Source: Octopus sinensis
Taxonomy: Eukaryota
DNA: 64,000 bases
Assembly (NCBI RefSeq): GCF_006345805.1
Contig: NC_043002.1
Coordinates: 108,748,001-108,812,000 of the forward strand
Direction of reading: 5' to 3'
Below the pieces are notes generated by a model. It was not told the DNA's origin and made no database searches. It was given only the letters and a program-made list of their open reading frames with translations. Within the stretch, counting starts at the first letter, position 1. Each line of letters opens with the position of its first letter. Shown one piece after another: positions 1-11,990 of this stretch. The position numbers and the translations under genes were made by a program.

Positions 1-425
1 AATCAAAGCCACAATCTTACAATCATGAAACTGACTCCCTAACCACTAAACCACACGCCTGCACACACACACACACACACACATACATATAAACATTCAT
101 ATAACATAGGTCTATAAATTTATATTCTTTAGTCTCAGAAATGCAAGTATTGCATGGCTCCAAATGAACCCTATCTCTGTATGAGACTAAAAAAAACTTT
201 TACAATTAACTGCTTTGAGAAAGTAACACTGTGGTTGCATTCTTTTTGTTGTTTTTGTTTTTCAGAGCCATTTTACATTGAAAGACAAAGATGTAACTAA
301 GTTAGGCTGGTTGTTCAATTCCAAGAGCAAAATATTGGTGTTGAGCGTTTGTCATCAAACAACAAATAATCTAAGAAATAAGTCTCACTTCACAAAAAAA
401 GTTTCAAATAACAGAATGAACCTAC

Positions 426-511
426 CTGCTCCCTGAGCTCTGAATCACGATAGGCCACATCACTCAGAATTGTATTGAGACAGAAACTGAAGCATTCTCC
501 CATCGGAAGTT
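426..511 (-). CDS. PI4KA: PI4KA exon 4 ([29 protein letters not shown])
   Basis: Acceptor gctatccatttctag, donor CAG|GTAGGT, 86 nt (phase 1 to 0, compatible with exon 3). Resembles PI4[24 protein letters not shown]. Confidence 0.95.
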
Positions 512-1860
512 CTAGAAATGGATAGCAAGATAGGTATGTAGATATAATTCACATACATATATATATATGCACGTCCTGCATGTGCATATATGTACGTGTA
601 TGTATTTGTGTGCATGTGTGCATATAGGATAGACTGAGGATATGAATGAAGGTGTGTGTGTGGGGGTGGGGGTTGGACATCAGAAAGTTCATATGTGAAA
701 CTTTATTCCGTACTTCCTTTCTTTAACCAAACATACCTGAAATAAAAGTTGTAAGCAATCTACAATGCTGGCATGGGTTGAATGGTTTGGCCTGAGCTGG
801 CCAGTCGGAGAGCTTCACTAGGTTCCAATTGTCTGTTTTGTCTTGGTTTCTATGGCTACATGCCCTTTCTAATGCCAGCTGTCTTATAGAGTGTACTGGG
901 TACTTTTTATGTGGTACACTCACACACAGACATACACTGAACAAAAATAATTAATTATAGTGCTGTGATCAATCCATGATACAACACAAAGTTGCAACGT
1001 TGTAGAGCCTTACTGTGAGTTAAATAAGAATGTCACTTTGAAAACTATATATTTTGAATGGGAGTTTGGCAGCGCCACCTCTAACCGAGCAATTATTCTG
1101 TGCTGATGGAAGAGAAATAACCCAGAGATCTCGATACACAGATATTGTTTTGAGGTGAGTGGTGGTGCTAGATTCCCTTGTTCAAAAATATAAGGACACA
1201 GATTGTGTTGTATAGCCAGCTGGAGACGATGTCTCCTGCAACTAAATTACAGCAACAGTCACTGAATATCTCTCGTTGTGAGATTTAAAAATAGTAATTT
1301 TCTAAGAATGTAAACATTTCTTGTGTTGATATATGGAAATAAAGGGGGGAAAGGAGCCTCTGGATGGATTGTTCCATGTTTCATTGATCATTCCTTAGAT
1401 ACATACATATATACAAATACACATATGCACATAGAAAAGGACTTTCTGTCATTCCACACTGGTTGAGAGGCAGTTGTAATATATAAGAGATGGTTGGGAT
1501 AACTGAACAGAACATGCAATAATGGAATAAAGGGAATAAATATGTTGTGAAGAGAGAGAGTGTGAATGCATGTGTGTATATATGAGTGAATATGTATATA
1601 AATGAGACATTGTATGTATGTGTGGGTTTTGAAGGAGATGGAAAAGTGAGAGCTGCGAGTAGTTCTGTGAGGATGATTTTTTTTTCACTAAGAAATGTAG
1701 AACTTGGCTGAAGAAAAAAAGAGATGGTGCATTATTAGTTTGATAACATAGATTATAGTTCAAAGAGACATTATGGCAATACAAGTGATGGTTTGTGAGA
1801 TATATTAATCGCACAATCATTGATTAGTCACAGCAAAAAAATTAAAAATTAAAAAAACAA

Positions 1861-2731
1861 ACACTGGTTGGTCAGATATGGTCACATAACAGACATTCGT
1901 TGGTCAGACAGTGACAAAATAGACATTAGTTGGTCAGATATGGTGACATAACAGACATTCCTTGGTAGACACTGTGACACAATAGACATTGGTTGGTCAG
2001 ACAGTGACAAAATAAACATTAGTTGATCAGATATGGTGACATAACAGACACTGGTTGGTCAGATACAGTGACACAATAGACATTGGTTGGTCAGGTATGG
2101 TGACATAACAGGCATTGGTTGATCAGGTATGGTGACATAACAGGCATTGGTTGGTCAGGTATGGTGACATAACAGGCATTGGTTGGTCAGGTATGGTGAC
2201 ATAACAGGCATTGGTTGGTCAGGTATGGTGACATAACAGGCATTGGTTGGTCAGACAGCAACACAACAGACATTGGTTGGTCAGATACAGTGACATAATA
2301 GACATTCGTTGGTCAGATACAGTGACACAATAAACATTGGTTGGTCAGATACAGTGACATAATAGACATTCGTTGGTCAGATACAGTGACACAATAAACA
2401 TTGGTTGGTCAGATACAGTGACACAATAGACATTGGTTGGTCAGATACAGTGACACAATAGACATTGGTTGGTCAGATACAGTGACACAATAAACATTGG
2501 TTGGTCAGATACAGTGACACAATAAACATTGGTTGGTCAGATACAGTGACACAATAAACATTGGTTGGTCAGATACAGTGACACAATAAACATTGGTTGG
2601 TCAGATACAGTGACACAATAGACATTGGTTGGTCAGACAGCAACATAACAGACATTGGTTGGTCAGACACAGTGACATAACAGACATTGGTTGGTCAAGC
2701 ACAGTGACACAACAGACATTTGTTGGTCAGA
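1861..2731. repeat. 32-bp minisatellite, about 27 copies
   Basis: Unit GACATTGGTTGGTCAGATACAGTGACACAATA; period 32 checked (2401 to 2433). Subtypes occur in blocks. Confidence 0.95.
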
Positions 2732-2799
2732 TATTTAAAGATGACAAGCAATTTTTTAACATTCATACAAAAACAGAAAATAAATGTTCTGCAATCCCA

Positions 2800-3025
2800 T
2801 TGACAAATCAGGCAATGTTCTTGATCCCATCACCAGAACAGGCAATGAGATAGTGAGAGAGCAAGTAATGTTGCTAGCAACACTAACAGAGCAGGCAATT
2901 TTGCTAGCAACACCGATAGGGCAGGCAATGTTGCTAGCAATACTGACAGAGAAGACAATGCTGCTTGCAATAGTGACAGAGCAGGCGATGTTACCAAACA
3001 GATCTAGAGAGCAGGCAATTACTGG
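2800..3025. repeat. Degenerate 30-bp tandem repeat (about 8 units, one with a 7-bp deletion)
   Basis: caggcaatg-like anchor recurs at 2809, 2839, 2862, 2892, 2922, 2952, 2982 and 3012. Confidence 0.8.
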
Positions 3026-3374
3026 TCAGAAATGCAGCTACAGACAAAATTCAAAGATTAGACAAACCGATCTGATGGGAAATGAATGAAGAAACATTAG
3101 TAGGACAAACATCAGAAGATAAAGGAACAGAAATTGCTTACACATTTCAAAAAAAAAAAGGAAAAGAAAAGATCAAGCAGTAGTTTATTAAATATAATGA
3201 ATGTTGGTTGAGCATGTCAATAGAACGATAACAGATCAAAAACATACCAATGGCAGGCAATGAAGCATGATTTTATGAAACCTAGTAATTTAACCAGCAG
3301 TGAAACTGCCCCAGAGTCAATACATCAAACGGCTCAGACATAGCAACGGTTGAGACAGCAGCAACAACAACAAC

Positions 3375-3421
<47 letters not shown>

Positions 3422-3434
3422 ATATATACATACA

Positions 3435-3468
<34 letters not shown>

Positions 3469-3474
3469 CATACA

Positions 3475-3506
<32 letters not shown>

Positions 3507-3675
3507 CACACACACACACACAGTTTGATGTTCAATGTATGAGTACAGAGAGTGTATTAAGAGTTGTTCAACACAAGAATGATAAGTGATTTAATGAAAT
3601 ATTTGTGTTTGTACTTAAATCAGAAATATTAAATTTCTAAATATCTCAGAGAGATATGGGCGGTGATGGAATGAT

Positions 3676-3975
3676 AGAGCGGTTGTATACTGTCAACTTA
3701 ACGTGACAGTCCCGTAAAGGGAATCACACCATCGTTATTTAGCCCTAGGAAGCATCGATGCTTCCTGTCGGCTTTGACACATTTCCTGTGTCCTTATATT
3801 TATGAAGAGGAGACAAGCACCCCCAACAGCTATCTTGTCTCCCCTTCGTAAATATAAGGACACAGGAAATGTGTCAAAGCCGACAGGAAGCGTCGATGCT
3901 TCCTAGGGCTAAACAGCAGTGGTGTCATTCCCTTTATGGGACTGTCACGTTAAGTTGACAGTATACAACCGCTCT
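3676..3975. mobile_element. 300-bp foldback MITE
   Basis: agagcggttgtatactgtcaacttaacgtgacagtccc ... gggactgtcacgttaagttgacagtatacaaccgctct. About 140-bp arms, each containing a copy of the palindrome AGGAAGCATCGATGCTTCCT (perfect in the left arm). Confidence 0.8.
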
Positions 3976-6154
3976 TGTGGCTGTACATTTTATGTAAATA
4001 TGAGAGACAGTAAACAATACAACGAACAAACAAACAAACAAAGCAATTAATGATACTGATTGCTGATGACAATGACAGCACAAGAAGCAACTCAAGATGA
4101 CAGTATGTGCACGAGATGAATGTAATATTGTTCAGAGTTTGAAGGTTTAAAGGGGAAAAAAAATATATTTTAGCCAAAGTCAGCATTGAAAAGATAAATG
4201 AAATATTAAAAAAATAAGTCATGATATACTCAACTATAGAGCTTTAAGCTTCATAGAACTAAAGCTTTTGATACGATGATGATGCATGAGTGTATGTATG
4301 TATAGACACACACACTATATAGCATCATCATCTTTTAATGAGCATGTTCTCTGCTGGCATGAGCAGGCTGGGTTGACAACAGGTGCCAAGACTGCATTGT
4401 CCTCCAATGAGGGGACACCCTTTCTGATCTCAATCACTTTAAAGTGTGTATTGTAAAGTAGTTGGCATGTGTGGGTATGTGTGCGTGAGTATGCACACAT
4501 ACATGAATATATAAACAATATTTTTTATTTCCTTATTGCCCATAGGGGCCTAAATATAAAGGGGACAAACAAGGACAGACAAAGGGAGTAAGTCGATTAC
4601 ATCGACCCCCAATGTGTAACTGGTACTTATTTAAATCGACCCCAAAAGGATGAAAGATAAAGTCAACCTCAGCAGAATTTGAACTCAGAATGTAATGGCA
4701 GATGAAATACTGCTAAGAATTTCACCCAGCATGCTAATGATTCTGCCAGCTCACAGAACAATATTGAACACAAATATGCAAAGTATGTGTTTTGCTAGTT
4801 CATGGGTAGGCTGTGCTTATAAACATTAAAGAATATATTCTCATGAATGTGCCTGGTTTTAAAATACCTGTAAGTCATATACGAATGAGATAACTCTCAT
4901 TAGATCCCATTCATGTTTTGACACTTTTATGACTTGTCAGTACCATGTACTCAAAATGAGGCCAGATGCAATCTAAATTGCTGTCTATGACTATATACAA
5001 AATGATGTAAGAACCACCAGAATTAATTCTGCAGTCAAACATCTATGTATGTGGCTCATAGGCCTAGGCATGGCTATGTGGTAAGAAGCTTGCTTCACAA
5101 CCACATGATTCCAGGTTTAATCCCACTCCATGACACATTGGGCAAGTGTCTTCTACTGACCAAAGCTTAGTGAGAGGATTTTGTAGACAGAATCTGAAAG
5201 AAGCCTCTTTCTATCTGTGTGTGTGTATGTATGTATGTGTGTGTGTGGTGTGTGTGTGTGTGTGTGTGTCTGTCTGCCTGTGTCTCCCACCATTGCTTGA
5301 CAACTGATGTTGGTGTGTTTACATCCCTGTAACTTAGCAATTCAGCAAAAGAAACTGACAGAATAAGTACCGGTCTTAAAAAATTAAAACTGCAGTCAAT
5401 TCATTTGGCTAAAATTTCTTCAAAGAGGTGCTCCAGCATGGCCACAGTCTAATGACTGAAACAAGGAAATGATAAAGAATATATATCTCAGCCTCTTTTA
5501 AAACATTGCTGGTGCTTTTATCTGCAAATCCTAACCATAATCTTGTTTTTCTTTCTTTTTAATTTGTAGTTGCATCTCATTCCAGCACAATTTGAAGCAA
5601 GAAGCATGGCAACTCTTTCGGTTGCAGCTAATGCAACTTGGGATAACTGGATGACCTGTGCATCTATGTGCAATGACGCATAATTGTGTTTCTATTAAAG
5701 AACAAACGATGCTGCCTACATAGCAAATAAAAGCAGTGTGGACAGGACCATTGTTTCTCCAAACGATTCAACACCACAAGGGTTCCTCTCAAGCCAATGG
5801 CAGAAACTCTACATATGTGGTTGTTTAACCTGCTTGACATGGCAGCCAAATCTCTCTCAAACAACACCCAATCTCTTATAAAAATAAAAGTATATTGAAT
5901 GTCATCCTAGATACCAATATATCTGAATGAGACAGGATGGTCACAGTTGGCATGTCTTTAATCACTGGTCTGCTCAATGACAACTGACCTGACTGATGAG
6001 TAAACACAGAGCGGTTACAGCTCTACTAAGCAGGAAACTCACAAATGAATTCATCAAATGTTTATTCAATTGAAATAATGTTTTGTTTTTAAGATTTAAA
6101 GCACAAAAGTGGTGAATTAATCTGTTGTTCATCATCATCAGCATCATCGTTTAA

Positions 6155-6374
6155 CCCTTTCATTACCGTATTTATTTTGAGATGCTTTGTGTTTCTTTCA
6201 ATTATTTTAAATATAACAAAGAATTTAGTAAAATAATTTAGTTATCATTCACCTAGTGTTAGGAACATAAATTGTGACTAAGGTTTGGTGGAAGATTTTA
6301 ACTCAAAACTTATGAAAACAAGACATTTTACCACAGAGCCAGAGCCGGTTTTGGCCGGGTTAGTAACAAAAGGG
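6155..6374. mobile_element. piggyBac-type MITE inserted in the TTAA of an RTE-tail repeat
   Basis: TTAA|CCCTTT...AAAGGG|TTAA. The host repeat catcatcgtTTAAcgtccg is split exactly at the duplicated TTAA. Confidence 0.85.
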
Positions 6375-7092
6375 TTAACGTCCGTTTTCCGTGCTAGCAC
6401 AGGTTGGATGGTTCGACCGGGGTCTGGGAAGCCAGGGCTGCACCAGGCTCCAGTCTGATCTGGCAGTGTTTCTACAGCTGGATGCCCTTCCTAACGCCAA
6501 CCACTCCGCAAGTGTAGAACAAAAAAAAAAAAGAGAAGGCAATTCACAGTCAGCAGGCAGATGAGTTTATTAATTATTGAATTTGTTGATTTTGTAGGAA
6601 TGTCAAATAGTTTATGAATTACAAACAGAGGGAGTAAAGATGGCGGTATTCTTGTACAATGGAGAAGAATTAGATGTATAAATAACAGGCTTGAAATAAG
6701 GGTAAAGAATGAAAACATTTGTGGCTGTCTCAAGAAGTTTGTGGAAAAAGCAACAGAGATGATGAGAGATGAAAATAAAGAGATTTGTTTCAGCAGATTT
6801 AACTCAATGTAAACTACAGTATTAGTTTAGATTATTAGTTTTAGCTACCTCTACATCTCTTCTCCCACATTACTCACTCCCTTTAACAAAAAAATATGTT
6901 ATGACTCAGTTTAGGAAAGAATAGAAAGTTCATGCAGTTCTTGCATGCTTCTCTGTCAGTCACTGATCTCTGGGTTGTTTTAGTAAAGGTTTATAAGTTA
7001 AGAATGCTTCATCATTTTCCATAAATAGATTATTTGTCTATTCCCAAATTCATAGCAGGACATTTAACCCCCACCCCGACAGATTTCATTTT

Positions 7093-7448
7093 CATTATTT
7101 ACATTTGATGGATATTTGTCCTCATCTTGTTTGTTGTTAACACAATGTTTTGGCTGATAAACCCTCCAGCCTTCATCATAGGCATATGGAGTAGTGATTA
7201 AGAGCACGGACTACTAACCCCAAGATTCCGAGTTCGATTCCAGGCAGTGACCTGAATAATAATTATAATAATAGTAATAATAATATTGAAAGATACCTGA
7301 GGAAAGAGAACCCAGGTTCAAAATTTCCCCAAGACACTTGATGAAGTTTGGAAGGTATATCAACCGAAATGTTGTGTTAAAAACAAACAAGATGAGGACA
7401 AATATCCATCAAATGTAAATAATTCCTCATCTCTTAAATATAGAACCC
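7093..7448 (+). mobile_element. Composite retroelement: inverted 5' segment, tRNA-like head, (AAT)n, decayed hammerhead-like 3' part
   Basis: 11-bp direct repeat GATTTCATTTT at 7082-7092 and 7449-7459. About 80-bp inverted repeats (about 7099-7177 and 7339-7418). B-box GTTCGATTCC at 7232-7241. Motif GACAC-UUGAUGA-A-...-GAA-AUGU-U-GUGUU at 7333-7378. Confidence 0.65.
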
Positions 7449-10400
7449 GATTTCATTTTATTGTTACTTTGAAAGAATAAAGTTCTCAGATCCATATTTA
7501 CCAACATTTCAACTGATTCCACTAGAAGATTAGTAATCATAGTAGTATGATGCATACTATTTCGTTTTTAGATGACATAAATGTGAAAGAAAAATGTTGC
7601 TGAAGATACATGAGGAGATAAAATAGAGATACAGCAAATTGATATTTCATTCAACTAGAACATGTCTGAGACAAACTGAACAAGAGTAGAACTTCTTCCT
7701 CCAACTTAATATATTGCATAATATGAAAGCACTGTGGTATATGTGAGGTGACAGGCTCCATAAACAACTGCCCAATGTCCATAACAATGCCCAATTGTCA
7801 AATAAAGGAAAGTACCCAAAACTAGATCTTCACTCCTCAAGACAAATCAACTAACCAAACTCTCATACAAACTCTGCTGTTTGAAATAAAATCTAATTTT
7901 CATCAACCCTTACAACCTTTCATATGTAACCCTAGTCATGAAAACCCAGAACTTCAAAAGATTTTCCTGAATAGGTTTGGGGGTTTCATTTTTAGTTTGC
8001 AAGAAAATTATAAAAAGGTTTCACAGTAAAAACAAAGTGAATTAAAATTTAAATCTTGTTTTTACGAGTACTTTTGAAGCTACTTTACATTTCAAATAAA
8101 TTCTTAAATATTAGTTATTTGAAGAAATAAATTGAAAATAACTAAAATATTTCACTTTCCTCACCCCCCCCCCCTTTTCATGTTAATATCTAAATACTTT
8201 CAAAGATACAACAAATAAAATACCAAAACAATAAATAAAAACTGTATTCTCTTGATTATTTCTACTTACAAAGAACAAAATGAAAATGAGTTTCATTTTG
8301 AGACATGAACTGTTGAATTCAAAAGGAGCATGGTGTCCATTTCTTTAGTTACAGCGGGAAAACAACAACAATAATAACAACAACTATTTACATAATAATA
8401 ATAATAATAATATATGATGGGGTTGTTAAACACAAACTAATCAATAAGACTGTTATAACTTTCTGGTAGTAAGGATGCTTGGGAAATCAGTTTTAGGATT
8501 TGGATCAGATAGATTTGGTATCAAGGAATCATAACAAGGAACAAGGCGGCAGACATAAGCTGATTAGAACAGAACTGTGAGCAGAGGGCAAGTGGAAGCC
8601 AGGAATTGTGTAGGAGAACAACCCATACACACACACACACCAACTGACCTGATAATTTCACTTGGTTCTCAGATTTATAAAAGCCTGGAAAGTCATAGAA
8701 GTAAATATAACAACAAAAACAAAAATAATGATTTCTTCATTTTTGATAATAATAATAATTTTAATGTCTAAATCATTGTTCAATATTTAACAAAATTAAA
8801 ACAAAATTAAATACGCATTACCAAACATCATAAGGTTTCTTAAGAATGTTCAGACTCTCATAAGATGTTTGATCAGTAAATTGCAAGAAAACAGCTTACC
8901 TAGCAGAGTTAAACAATGAAACAGGTTTATAACAAAATAATTTTTTTACTATTTTATTCAAATAAAACAAATATGTCATTTGTCTTGAAAAACAGTTTTC
9001 AAAATGATGATGCTTGTTTACATCCTAAATCAACTTTTTTCTTCTTAAATATGGCTTCTTATCAACATAGTTTTAATACAATTAACAAATTAAGAAATTC
9101 TCAGAAAATGTTTCAAGAACAATTCTATAATTGCATTCTATAATAATAATAATAATAATGCTTTCAAAATTTTGCCACAAGGGCAACAATTTTGGGCAAG
9201 GGGACAAGTCAGTTACAGTGATCCCAGTGTTCAACTGGTACTTATTTTACTGACCCTGAAAGGATGAAAGGCAAAGTTGACCTCGGCAGAATTTGAACTC
9301 ACAATGTAGCAACAGGGGAAATACTGTTAAGCATTTTGTCCAGCATGCTAATGGTTCTGCCAGTTTGCTGCCTTAATAATAATAATAATCCTTTCTACTA
9401 TAGGCACAAGGCCTGATATTGCGGGAGAGGGAGGGGGTTAGTCAATTACACTGACCCCAGTGCTCAACAGGTACTTATTTTATTGACCCCGAAGGGATGA
9501 AAGGCAAAGTTGACCTCAGAACACAAAGATGGACGAAATGCTGCTAAGCATTTTGCCCAACATTCTAACGATTTTGCCAACTGACCACCTTAATAATAAT
9601 AATAATAATAATAATAATGATAATAATTTCTTAGCTTAATAATTCAGTAAGTTTTGAAACTGCCCTAAGTACAATTCAAACTAAACATCACAGACCCTTA
9701 ATAAATTTGATTTTTCCTTTAATCATTCTACTTCTTTACCTCTTGACTAAATTCTTCAAAGTATTTGTATACAGTATGCTGTATTTTTTCAACAACAGTA
9801 AATGTTTCATGTATTATCTTGCTCAAATTAATTAACATCATGTGTGTCTATATACATACGTTTACATATATTTATCTTTTAATGAACACCGGAGTTATTA
9901 CATGAGCTACAAGTTTTATGCTTGGATAGTCCAATAATTAGACAGGTTTGTATAGCTTACCATGCACAATCTGGCAATTATTCAGGCCCAGATAACTTCA
10001 ACCTCAAAAACAATGCTTTTAACAACAGAAAACATGATAAAAATTTATAGCTTGATATATATTTCACGGCTCGTTAACAACATCCTGCATTAACTAAGCA
10101 AGGCATATATATTTTACAAGCAAAACAAGACTTTCTCTACAAAGAATATACCAGATTTTAAAGGCAAAGCAGAAATTACATCACACCTTGCGACAGCTGT
10201 ACAAAATATGGTAGAAACCCCACACAATAATTCTTCAACATAGAACATTATAAGACCAAAGCAACTCCACTGAGAGATAATGGCAAAGGTTCAGCTTCAA
10301 CATTGAAAAGCTTGTAGCTTTACTATTAGTTTCATAATCACAAATTGAGTTGCTAACTTTTGAATACTGTTGCTAATCATAAGCATGACTGAGAGATTCT

Positions 10401-10460
10401 AAACAATAACATGGTGCTTATTAATGTTCTTGGTAGTTTTTCAAGTCCAAAAAAGAGAAT

Positions 10461-10839
10461 TACTCTTTTACTGGTTTTAATCATTTGACTGCAGCCATGC
10501 TGGAGCACCACCTTTAGTCGAACAAATCAACCCCAGGACTTATTCTTTGTAAGCCTAGTACTTATTCTATCGATCTCTTTTGCCGAACTGCTAATTTTCG
10601 GGGATGTAAACACACCGGCATCGGTTATCAAACAATGTTGGGGGACAAACACAGACACACACACACATATATATATATACGATGGGCTTCTTTCAGTTTC
10701 CATCAACCAAATCTGCTCACAAGGCTTTGGTTGGCCCAAGGCTATAGTAGAAAACACTTGCCCAAGGCACCACACAGTGGGGGCTGAACCCGGAACCATG
10801 TGGTTGGTAAGCAAGCTACTTACCACACAGCCACTCCTG
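10461..10839 (-). mobile_element. Same SINE family
   Basis: Head and tail motifs present. An older + copy lies at about 5065-5480. Confidence 0.8.
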
Positions 10840-11209
10840 TTGAACAATCTGCACAGATTTGTTTGAAGTGATCAAATGTTTGTCCCCTAAATGACCTCAG
10901 TCCCTCAGTACACAACATCAGATGTTGAAATGATCATAGTGCAATGGAAAATGAAGTGTTTTGCTCAAGAACACAACATACCACTTGGTCTGAGGATTGA
11001 AACCACAATATTGGATTGTGAGTGCAACACCCTAACTACTAGGCTATATGCCCTCACATTTTATGGTTTTGTTTATTAATGAATCACAAAACAAGTTATG
11101 TAATCATATTCATTAACTTATAGCTGTTTCTGCATTGTAATCAAAGATGAGTGATTGTGCAACAACTTGTAGCTTCCTCAGAGCCATCATGATATATATA
11201 TATATATAT

Positions 11210-11413
11210 ATGTGTGTGACCTCGTGAGTACCACTGGCGATTTTTTTCCTCTGTCTTCCCTTCTCAGGATCTTTCCTTCTCCTATGTTTCCGACGAAGAG
11301 CTCCGCTCGAAACGTTAAACCCTCCTTCTTCCCTTCTTTCCTGAGCATCCAATAATACTTTATTTGTTCCACGTCCTTGCGTTGTTGTGTTTTTTTGTTT
11401 TCTTGTTTGGATT

Positions 11414-11416
<3 letters not shown>
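11210..11416. mobile_element. Short non-autonomous element within (TA)n, carrying the 11286 hammerhead-like motif
   Basis: Complex, CpG-containing ~200-bp island flanked on both sides by pure (TA)n. Confidence 0.55.
11286..11320 (+). ncRNA. Minimal type I hammerhead-like motif (CCGACGA core, palindromic ACGU stem III)
   Basis: GUUU-CCGACGA-A-GAGC(UCC)GCUC-GAA-ACGU-U-AAAC. Stem I GUUU/AAAC and stem II GAGC/GCUC pair fully. Confidence 0.7.
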
Positions 11417-11508
<92 letters not shown>

Positions 11509-11689
11509 GTGACAGAAGCAGTATTGATACTAAAGGTAATCTTTATATCAAACTCAACATGGATACTTGTTAGAACACCAAATAGAACATGCTAATGATG
11601 CAGTATTCAGTGTTCTGACAAGAAAGGCATCTTAAGTTGGCTATAAAGATATATACATATATGTGTGGGTGGGAGGAGGTGTCTACCCC

Positions 11690-11990
11690 TTATGCAGAGT
11701 CTGATCACCTCTTGTACTTACACCTTAGATCGATCATGGCATCTGATGTGGCTTTTTAAACCAGACAATGTATTGAAAAGACATCCACATAGATTGCAAA
11801 TCTGATTTGGACCACCAAGAGTTGCAGTTAAGTTCTGATCTTTGTGGATCTTAAAATGTCTTTTCAGGCCTCCGTTACATTTGCAGACCTTATGGCATAC
11901 ACGGTATTGAAAGGTGTGCACAGATATATAAGCAGAGTGCTTATGAGAGGTTCGTTTTAAAGTTGCAGACTTTTACTTTCTCAAATCCTT
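11690..11990 (-). mobile_element. Decayed LINE-type 3' end with two C2H2-like fingers
   Basis: ORF 11718-11921: YRVCHKVCKCNGGLKRHFKIH (first Cys lost) and CNLCGCLFNTLSGLKSHIRCH. No TGEKP linker. Confidence 0.5.

Noticed and set aside
1861-2731. CRISPR-like regular 32-bp periodicity
   Set aside because: Units are contiguous with no unique spacers, there are no cas genes, and the context is an animal intron.
7181-7248. Functional tRNA gene (also 37135, 40199, 42672, 62489)
   Set aside because: A/B boxes are present but there is no complete cloverleaf or terminator, and each continues into a repeat body, so these are SINE heads.
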